Below, piece by piece: positions 35,212 to 42,137 of a DNA stretch of 42,137 bases (within the stretch, counting starts at the first letter, position 1; the number at the start of each line of letters is the position of its first letter). A program made the translations under genes and the position numbers. Location: positions 1-42,137 of the IMG/VR virus record IMGVR_UViG_3300027710_000050. One strand, 5' to 3'. The DNA comes from a virus. Taxonomy: Duplodnaviria > Caudoviricetes. The notes under the pieces were generated by a model. It was given only the letters and a program-made list of their open reading frames with translations. It ran no database searches and was not told where the DNA came from.

Positions 35212-35877
35212 TCATCGTTTTATCTCAACTACTTTGAATGTAATCACCCACACCCAAGGATTGCTTTCTAGTGATTCGCGTCCGTTGATGGATTCCCACA
35301 ATGAAAAATAGCTATTTTTTGCGGCATTTTTGCCAAACCAAGTATTAAAACCATCACCGCCGATGTAATTCTTAAATTCAATCGATTGGTCGATGACATC
35401 ACACTCAATCCCCTCAGCAATCGCGTCATGCTCGCTAATGCTCCGCAAGTATTCGGCACGAACGTCTGTTATCTCAAGCAAAATGCGTGATGCGGCACGA
35501 GGCATAAAGATTGACGGTTTCCATAAGCCTTTAAACTCTTTTGCCGTTTCATCATCAACACTGGCTTTATAGATTTTTACATCTTCACCATTATCTTTAA
35601 CGCCAATACAAAAAGTCTCTCTCACCCAAAGACGGTCGCCAACTTGGCCATAGGGGCATTTGATATTAGATAACTCAAGAGTTGTGCCACGTCGATAACA
35701 GTAAACTGTGTTCCCTTGCTTGTTTTTGTAGCTTTCAAGTCTTGCATTGTCAGGTATGAAAGCCTTCACAACACGCCGTGTCTGTGTCTTCTGCCTAGAC
35801 AAAATCGCTTGCACCATCGGCGCACTGAAAAGCATAGGCCGCTCTTTTGTTTTATTCATCATGTTCACCAAAAACAA
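35212..35877 (-). CDS. ASCH/PUA-like phage protein
   Basis: KERP.LFSAPMV.AIL...KTQTRR, CPYG..GDRLWVRET, WKPSI.MPR.ASRI, NPWVWV. Confidence 0.75.
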   Translation of the reverse strand: MFLVNMMNKTKERPMLFSAPMVQAILSRQKTQTRRVVKAFIPDNARLESYKNKQGNTVYCYRRGTTLELSNIKCPYGQVGDRLWVRETFCIGVKDNGEDVKIYKASVDDETAKEFKGLWKPSIFMPRAASRILLEITDVRAEYLRSISEHDAIAEGIECDVIDQSIEFKNYIGGDGFNTWFGKNAAKNSYFSLWESINGRESLESNPWVWVITFKVVEIKR

Positions 35878-35915
35878 AAACCGCCCTAAGGCGGTTTGAT
35901 GTGACTACTAAAAAA

Positions 35916-36725
35916 CTAAACAATCGCTTCGATGATATCGCCTTGTTTCATGCTGTTTTTTATCGTTTCGATAATTTGTTTTACAGCATCTTCACGCGCA
36001 ATATGTGGACGAATTAACTCATACCACATCGTTAATTTGCCTTCTTTAATACGATAACGAAAGTTTGCCTCGATGCGATAAGCAGCATCGTCGCCACGAA
36101 AAATCCGTAAGGCAATAGCAATTTTTTGTGGAATGTTAAGCTGACCACTTACCCCAGCCGACCCCTGAATGTTTTCTTCATAAGTCATTTGGGCTTGGCC
36201 GTTATCTAGCCGCACACCAGAGCGAAAATTAACAGCATTTTTGGCTTGTAAGGTGCTTGCAATCTCAAGCATTTCACTGCCGCTAGGCTCAATAATTTCC
36301 AATAAACCATCTTCAATAAATTGAGCAAAGTCTGCTTGATTCATTGCGACTTTATGATTATCAAACCATTTTTTAGCTTCGGGCGTGAGCGGGCATGGAT
36401 AAGTGACCGTATGCTTGCCGTGTTGAGGAATAATATCGTCCGTTTCTACAACATGATAATCAATGACACCATGAATTTTGGCTTTTTCAATATCCACTAA
36501 AATCGTGCTATCGGAATTAGCAAAGCGATTAAAGTATGCAATAAAAGAGGCGGCACTGGTGACAGTAACCGAGGCGGTGACATGAGGAGGACATTCACGC
36601 AATTCGGGGAATGTTTTTAATTCGCAACCATGAGGCACGATAACAAACGGAGTGCCTTGGACAAAATCTACGCTAGCAATTGAGCCGTTGATATTTGAAT
36701 AAACAGCGTTATTTGAGTCGTTCAT
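35916..36725 (-). CDS. DUF2303 (YfdQ-like) protein
   Basis: SFIAY.NR, IDYH, QADFAQFIED, FRYRI. Confidence 0.8.
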   Translation of the reverse strand: MNDSNNAVYSNINGSIASVDFVQGTPFVIVPHGCELKTFPELRECPPHVTASVTVTSAASFIAYFNRFANSDSTILVDIEKAKIHGVIDYHVVETDDIIPQHGKHTVTYPCPLTPEAKKWFDNHKVAMNQADFAQFIEDGLLEIIEPSGSEMLEIASTLQAKNAVNFRSGVRLDNGQAQMTYEENIQGSAGVSGQLNIPQKIAIALRIFRGDDAAYRIEANFRYRIKEGKLTMWYELIRPHIAREDAVKQIIETIKNSMKQGDIIEAIV

Positions 36726-36757
36726 GTTAATAAACCTTTAAAGAATGATAAAAAGTG

Positions 36758-37129
36758 TTAGTTAGCCATTTGCTTAACAGCAACAGGCAGGTCGTGGACA
36801 TTACGAATTTTTGATGCAGAGATAGTGGGTTCATCTAACTCACGCAATGGCAACTTTTGTTGATGTGGGTCATCGCGCAATAAATTGCCGTCAGGCGTAC
36901 CAAAAAGAATGGTTTTTTCTTTGGCAAAAGAGGGGAGTTTTGATTTAACCTCGTCCGTTAAAAAATACTGACCGCTTGCCCCCTTAGGTTCGATAGTGAC
37001 CGTGATGGATACTGTGGCTTTTTTGCCCGTATCACGAGCGCGTTGAACCGCTTCGGTTAATGCTTCATCTAAATCTTGTTCGGCTTGACCGTGTCGCAAA
37101 TTAGATAAAGTCTCTGTAAACTTCGCCAT
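36758..37129 (-). CDS. conserved phage protein partnered with DUF2303
   Basis: TGKK..V...I, F.TPDGNL.R.DP.Q. Confidence 0.7.
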   Translation of the reverse strand: MAKFTETLSNLRHGQAEQDLDEALTEAVQRARDTGKKATVSITVTIEPKGASGQYFLTDEVKSKLPSFAKEKTILFGTPDGNLLRDDPHQQKLPLRELDEPTISASKIRNVHDLPVAVKQMAN

Positions 37130-37268
37130 AATAACTTACTCAAAAATGACAATAAAAAACCCTCACTTTGAGGGAGAGGGGTATAAAAAGCCTACTTGTT
37201 TAATGCAGGCCAAAACTAATCTAAAAAATCTTCGGCATACGCGCCGTCATCTTCAAAATCATCATCGC

Positions 37269-37649
37269 TCACGACTTAATCCCCCAATTTTCAACAGTGT
37301 CTAAAATTAACTGGCGTTCCCGATTGTCGGGTAATCTTTCGCCTGCCAACACTTGCGTAATTAAACTAAGACGCAATTTTGTCTTAGTCGCCAAGCCGCC
37401 TTTCGTGATAAATTTCTCGCGCATGACTTGTAAAACATACGAACGCTGCGGCCAAACTGTGAAATTATCGCCCATGACAAATTGCGTGGTTTTGTCGATT
37501 TTATTGCTTTGGCTTGTTTTGATTTTGCCGCCCTTTGCCAAAAACTCATCAACCAATCGGGAAATCTCGGCGGATTCCTCATGTTTTGGTTTATGAGTTG
37601 GAGGAGATGGTGGAATAAATTTCGCATCTAATATCGGCTCGTTAATCAT
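37269..37649 (-). CDS. SutA-like motif plus C-terminal HTH
   Basis: EISRLVDEFLAKGGKI; GLATKTKLRLSLITQVLAG. Confidence 0.55.
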   Translation of the reverse strand: MINEPILDAKFIPPSPPTHKPKHEESAEISRLVDEFLAKGGKIKTSQSNKIDKTTQFVMGDNFTVWPQRSYVLQVMREKFITKGGLATKTKLRLSLITQVLAGERLPDNRERQLILDTVENWGIKS

Positions 37650-37714
37650 TATTATTCTCCAAAAATAACGCCTATTTCGCTAGGCCGCTTATGCAGCGGC
37701 CATATTCGAAATGA

Positions 37715-38704
37715 TTATTGATTTTCCATTTCAGCAAGACGTTTAGCTTCTTGCGCTTCAAAGGCCGCAATATCTTCGGGGCTGGGTTGATTTGCCGCGT
37801 CAATCAATGTTTGTTTTTTGGTTTTGTACAAAACATTGATTTGCTTTTGTTCAGCTTCGGTTAAACCTAAATTTGCAAAACCTTTAGCCAGTATTGCTAA
37901 ATCCTCTACAGTGTCTGCAATCTCAATCGCTGACACTGCTTTTTCAAGGGCAGGGCAATCATGGACTTGTTTAACGTCTTCTTGATTGATGACTTGGCCT
38001 TGTTTCTTGGCGGCTACTTTGTCACGAACAGAGGCAGTTTTGCTGGTTAGGGGTTGTTGTGGCGTTACGTCTTTAGGCTCAAAATCTTCGGCCTCATCTG
38101 CTGTATAAACGCCTAAAATCACATCAGGACAGTACAAACGAGACCAACGCTTTGTTGCTAAGTAAGCAAGCTGTTGACGCGGGTCATTCACCCATAATGG
38201 CGAATTACGCACCGTTCCCACTTGCGCCATACTAATGCTGAGTGTGCGCGGCTCTGATTCGCCGCGCATGGTTGCCGACACAATGACACCAATATCATCA
38301 CTGTTGCTCGTTTTGCCGTTGACCTTTGACCAATCACCAAACCACTCATAATTTAATCGTGTGGTGATGGGTGCGCGTGAGTTAATCACAGCATTAACCA
38401 ATTGCGCCTCATAACCCAATACACCATTCACAAGATGGGTTTTTTGAGCCACAGCGAACGGGTTCATGCCCCATTGCATCGCTTGCATGACAATAGCAAA
38501 ACAGTCGCCTGCATTGCCTTGTAAATGCTTGGGGATGGTGATTTTGCTAGTAGCCATCATTTCGCTAAACTTGAGCATTTTTTCCATGCTATCGCCACTT
38601 AACACCATTGCCGATGTATTGTTGACGTTGACCATTGGGCTGTTGGTGGCCTCAATTTCAAGAGCGGGATTGATAGCGGTTACTGTTGCAGTTTGAGTAT
38701 TCAT
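37715..38704 (-). CDS. recT: RecT-family ssDNA annealing protein
   Basis: PKHLQG..GDC.A..MQA.QWGMNPFAVAQKT, P.QQLAY, PDVILGVYT.DE. Confidence 0.9.
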   Translation of the reverse strand: MNTQTATVTAINPALEIEATNSPMVNVNNTSAMVLSGDSMEKMLKFSEMMATSKITIPKHLQGNAGDCFAIVMQAMQWGMNPFAVAQKTHLVNGVLGYEAQLVNAVINSRAPITTRLNYEWFGDWSKVNGKTSNSDDIGVIVSATMRGESEPRTLSISMAQVGTVRNSPLWVNDPRQQLAYLATKRWSRLYCPDVILGVYTADEAEDFEPKDVTPQQPLTSKTASVRDKVAAKKQGQVINQEDVKQVHDCPALEKAVSAIEIADTVEDLAILAKGFANLGLTEAEQKQINVLYKTKKQTLIDAANQPSPEDIAAFEAQEAKRLAEMENQ

Positions 38705-38717
38705 GTTTATTTCTCAC

Positions 38718-39668
38718 TTAGATAATGCGTAAAACGCGTGTAGAGGATGTTTTTTTGTACTGTGCGTACAGTTCGGGATGGTCTTTTTCAAAGGCTTTTG
38801 CGTCAAAACTTGTGCGTGTTTGCGTCTTGCAGGTGGCTACCTTAACGCCTTGATATAACAACGTCTCAGCACTTTCTAAGGCCAACAACACACGCGCCTT
38901 CAATGCGTCTTCTTGCGCCTCTAACTCTTTTACTTGCGCCTTAATACTTTGGATTTGCTCCAAGTCATCAACGAGTAAATCATCAGCTTGCACACTTAAT
39001 GACGGGTCAGACTTTGACCATTTTTTGACAGCTTCGGGATAATTAACAGGGTCGGGTTCGGTGCGTGATTGCACCAATTCCCAAAATGCCGCGCCTTGGA
39101 TAAGCAAGTCGTTAATCAAGTCATCGTCACGCAGGATGGTGTAAATGCGAAAGTCTTGGCCACCAATTAACACGGCCAAGTCACAAATGCTCGCACCAGT
39201 CACGCCCATGTACCACTGGCATTGAATCAGGTACGAATCGGGTACTTGGTCACTGCCAACTTCGCCCCATTGTTTAGCCATGAATCCGTTTGCAGTTTTG
39301 CACTCTAAAATGCGGTCAGTAGTGAGTTTGCCGTCTTTCCAAAACACACGTCCTGCAATATCAGGATTGATAATTGCGCGGTCAATGTTAGCAATGGCAA
39401 AGTTAAAATCAGGGTGCATCATTTGCTTTGTTAGTCGCTGCACCTTGCGGCCTGTACGCAATGCGTACTCTTTAGCAACAACATCTTCAAGCACTGTACC
39501 CCAGTAAGCAGGTTGGCTTGTTTCTTCATCTGCAACAGGATTAACTTTAGATTCCCACACATGCATAGGCGTGCGGTATTGACTAAGGCCAACAATGGCG
39601 GCAATCTCGCTGCCGCCAATGCCTGACTGACGGCCTTTAAGCCAATCAATGCGTGGTTGTGATGTCAT
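38718..39668 (-). CDS. YqaJ-like viral recombination exonuclease
   Basis: GIGGSE, ANIDR, ILECKT, YLIQCQWYM. Confidence 0.9.
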   Translation of the reverse strand: MTSQPRIDWLKGRQSGIGGSEIAAIVGLSQYRTPMHVWESKVNPVADEETSQPAYWGTVLEDVVAKEYALRTGRKVQRLTKQMMHPDFNFAIANIDRAIINPDIAGRVFWKDGKLTTDRILECKTANGFMAKQWGEVGSDQVPDSYLIQCQWYMGVTGASICDLAVLIGGQDFRIYTILRDDDLINDLLIQGAAFWELVQSRTEPDPVNYPEAVKKWSKSDPSLSVQADDLLVDDLEQIQSIKAQVKELEAQEDALKARVLLALESAETLLYQGVKVATCKTQTRTSFDAKAFEKDHPELYAQYKKTSSTRVLRII

Positions 39669-39679
39669 GGTCTTGACTC

Positions 39680-39844
39680 CTAAGCAGCCAAACGCGCATA
39701 AGCGCGTAATTTAGCCACTTCAAAAATGAGTTGTTGGTGTACGCTTTTGGCAGTGTCGCCATTGGCGTAGAAGCAAAAAGGGATGCCTTTAATGCACCCC
39801 TTTACTTGGCCTTGATAGCCGTATTTGGTTGGTGTTATTTCCAT
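39680..39844 (-). CDS. hypothetical protein, 54 aa
   Basis: Read manually: MEITPTKYGYQGQVKG...RLAA. Confidence 0.5.
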   Translation of the reverse strand: MEITPTKYGYQGQVKGCIKGIPFCFYANGDTAKSVHQQLIFEVAKLRAYARLAA

Positions 39845-39846
39845 GC

Positions 39847-40014
39847 TTACACCCCGTTGCTTTCGTCAAATGCCTTGTTACGCGCAAGCACTGCATCAAA
39901 ATTAAAAGGCTTGGTCTTATCAAGAAGATCCAAGACAACAGCCCACACCACAGCTAAAAAGCAGCACATAAAAAATATGTGTGCGAAAAAATCTTTTAAT
40001 AATTCAAGAAACAT
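39847..40014 (-). CDS. small membrane protein, 55 aa
   Basis: Read manually: MFLELLKDFFAHIFFMCCFLAVVWAVV...; GAGGGA RBS. Confidence 0.5.
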   Translation of the reverse strand: MFLELLKDFFAHIFFMCCFLAVVWAVVLDLLDKTKPFNFDAVLARNKAFDESNGV

Positions 40015-40090
40015 GGTTAAATCCCTCTAGTTGTTGTACGACTACAAAAAACTAAGCCCTTGCTATCTTGTCCATAGCAGGGCTTTTTTG

Positions 40091-40333
40091 TTAAGCTGCG
40101 GCTGCGTGATGTACGCTTGCCACATAATCTAAATGCTCAGCTTCGGCTTTTGCGCTCGCTTCGGCTTGTTCGCCGTTTAACTCTGCATAGACAGAATCAG
40201 CATGAGACTTTAACGATACTAAAATATCGCCAGTGTTTTGATTGTTTGCCAATGCCCACACCAACTCATCAATCAATAACAACGCCGCGTTGTTGTCATA
40301 AACTTTTTCAACAACTTCTTGTTTAATACTCAT
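40091..40333 (-). CDS. hypothetical protein, first gene of the PL operon
   Basis: GGAG RBS; followed by a hairpin. Confidence 0.6.
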   Translation of the reverse strand: MSIKQEVVEKVYDNNAALLLIDELVWALANNQNTGDILVSLKSHADSVYAELNGEQAEASAKAEAEHLDYVASVHHAAAA

Positions 40334-40644
40334 CTTCTTTTCTCCGTTGGACTACAAAAACAACTAACCACTCCTGAGCAAAATCCCTGTTGAGCAAATG
40401 GCTAGTTGTTTTAAAAGTCTAATCATCAGTAACCAAGCTCAGACTCCCATCTTTTAGTTTGCTTTGGTTCGACATATTCACTGTGATGCAGCTAGTCGCT
40501 TTACTGTGTTGTCGCATTGCTCAACAAGGCATGAACTGTCAGTCATTGACTGTCGGCTGTCGTTTATTTTTAGGCTCGCACCGCGTTGGAGCTTGGCTCG
40601 TTTAGGCTCGGAGTAGAGTTGCTAAGTTGTTCGCTTGGCATGGG

Positions 40645-40760
40645 TATATTAAAGCATTCTTTAATTATCTATGCAAGCAAACTTTAAATACAAATTAAAG
40701 AATACTTGTCAAATGCTCAAAATTTAATCAGTTGAAGTTTTGCGTTAAAGCACTTTTTTA
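40645..40760 (-). promoter_or_regulatory. PL/OL region
   Basis: TTGCAT-17-TTTAAT; several AAGnnnnCTT palindromes shared with the PR region. Confidence 0.65.
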
Positions 40761-40902
40761 GAGAGGGGTGTAAGATAGGCAAAATAAAACCCGCATGGTG
40801 CGGGTTAAGTGAGGTGAGTTATGAGCAGTAGCCAAATCCATGAAATAGTTATGGCACTAATCAGCAAGGGCTGGAATGAGCCTGAGCATATTGTTAAATT
40901 TA

Positions 40903-41166
40903 TCAATCAGCTTGACCAGAGTCTTTATCAGCCTCCGAAGCCTTAATAGCTCCTTCGGCTGTATATCTATTTTCACTCGTTACTATACGCCTGCATTGGT
41001 CATATAGTCGCAACCAGTAAACTCTATCTTGTTGTTGTTTTGAGCGTTCCGCAACAGTGGAAAACTCTTTATCAGCAATTAGCACCATCAAATCATAGGC
41101 AACTCTAGCCCCAGAGTTGTCTTTGATTTCAATAGCTTCTTTTACAACGATTTCATCTTTACTCAT
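40903..41166 (-). CDS. hypothetical protein downstream of cI (start MSKDE)
   Basis: AAGGAG RBS; ARVAYDLM..I. Confidence 0.6.
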   Translation of the reverse strand: MSKDEIVVKEAIEIKDNSGARVAYDLMVLIADKEFSTVAERSKQQQDRVYWLRLYDQCRRIVTSENRYTAEGAIKASEADKDSGQAD

Positions 41167-41358
41167 CTTAATCTCCTTTTGGACGGTAAAATAAAAGCCG
41201 CCGTCCTTTTCGGCGTTAATTATTAAAAAACCCAAACACCATCAAGAACACCACCATCATCAACGCAAGCTTAAACCGCCACACCCACCATGAGGCAGGG
41301 TAGTCGTATGTGCCGCGATTGTGATACGACTTTGTTTTAAACGTCCTTGTTTTTCTTT

Positions 41359-42054
41359 TCATAGCATCCCACCAGTCCATACCACACGACCAATAATATG
41401 CAGCCCTGCCAAGTCATTCGCGCTTATAGTTTCATCGGGATAAAGCGTTTTGTTTTGGTTGTCGCTTGATATACGGCAATCACCACTAAACCCGATAAAC
41501 AAACGCTTCACACGCACTTCATCGCCAACCATTAACGCATATACACGGCCATTCTCTATGCGGCTGTAGTTTGAGTTGACAAGTAGTATTGCGCCCTCAC
41601 TGATAGTGGGCGACATAGAATCACCTTTGGCTGTAATGATGGCCAAGTCTTTTTCTTGCAAGTTTTCAGCTTTTAACCATGTACGTTTAAAAGCAAGCTC
41701 ACCCTTAATCACCACATGGTCGCCATTGTGATAACCATTGCCGCATGATGCTTTTACATCGTAGAACGGGATAAATGCAAAATCTTCGTCTGTTGCGATA
41801 ATTGGCTCTTGCTCTTGAGTTATATCACCAGTGCCACTAATCAACCACTCTAGGCTTGCATTGTACTTCTTGGCTATTTTTGCCAAGTGCTGAGACTCTA
41901 TGTTTTTTGTTGAGCCGTTAAACCACTGGCTAACAGCTTGATAGCTGATTCCACATATTTCAGATAATTGCCTCCGCACTTCACGGGACGCAACACCATT
42001 ATTTTTTAACAGATATTCGATTCTATCGCTAACGCTTGACATAAAAGCCTCCAA
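41359..42054 (-). CDS. cI: CI repressor (HTH plus S24 peptidase)
   Basis: ISYQAVSQW HTH; SCG.G cleavage region; GDSMSPTI; VKRL. Confidence 0.92.
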   Translation of the reverse strand: MEAFMSSVSDRIEYLLKNNGVASREVRRQLSEICGISYQAVSQWFNGSTKNIESQHLAKIAKKYNASLEWLISGTGDITQEQEPIIATDEDFAFIPFYDVKASCGNGYHNGDHVVIKGELAFKRTWLKAENLQEKDLAIITAKGDSMSPTISEGAILLVNSNYSRIENGRVYALMVGDEVRVKRLFIGFSGDCRISSDNQNKTLYPDETISANDLAGLHIIGRVVWTGGML

Positions 42055-42064
42055 TTCACGCCTT

Positions 42065-42120
42065 TATACAAGTTTTCTTGTCAAATATGCTTGCTAAATA
42101 AAAACAAGAATGCTTTAATT
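42065..42120 (+). promoter_or_regulatory. PR/OR region
   Basis: TTGCTA-17-TTTAAT; operators CAAGTTTTCTTG and AAGAATGCTT. Confidence 0.65.
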
Positions 42121-42137
42121 AAGAGACGTTAAATTAA

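Overview
Near-complete genome (~42 kb) of a temperate podovirus with BPP-1/epsilon15-like structural genes, probably from a gammaproteobacterial host (inferred). The window opens inside cro and ends just upstream of it, and attP is intact. Gene order: cro, early/replication genes, terminase, an anti-CRISPR-type island, portal, lysis pair, head/tail/ejection proteins, tailspike, accessory array, attP (tmRNA 3' end), int/xis, RecT/YqaJ, cI. Two loci stand out. (1) 29860-33430 is an integron-like cassette array with no integron integrase: an attI-like site, six complete attC-like sites and one truncated one. The core sites flanking each cassette are complementary, and every ORF is inverted relative to canonical cassettes, including a c4-RNA-controlled antirepressor. 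(2) 6774-8005 is an acr-aca3-like operon interrupted by a separately promoted, oppositely oriented type I-F mini-CRISPR with degenerate repeats and short 26- and 22-nt spacers. All protein family calls are from motif recognition by eye; no searches were run.
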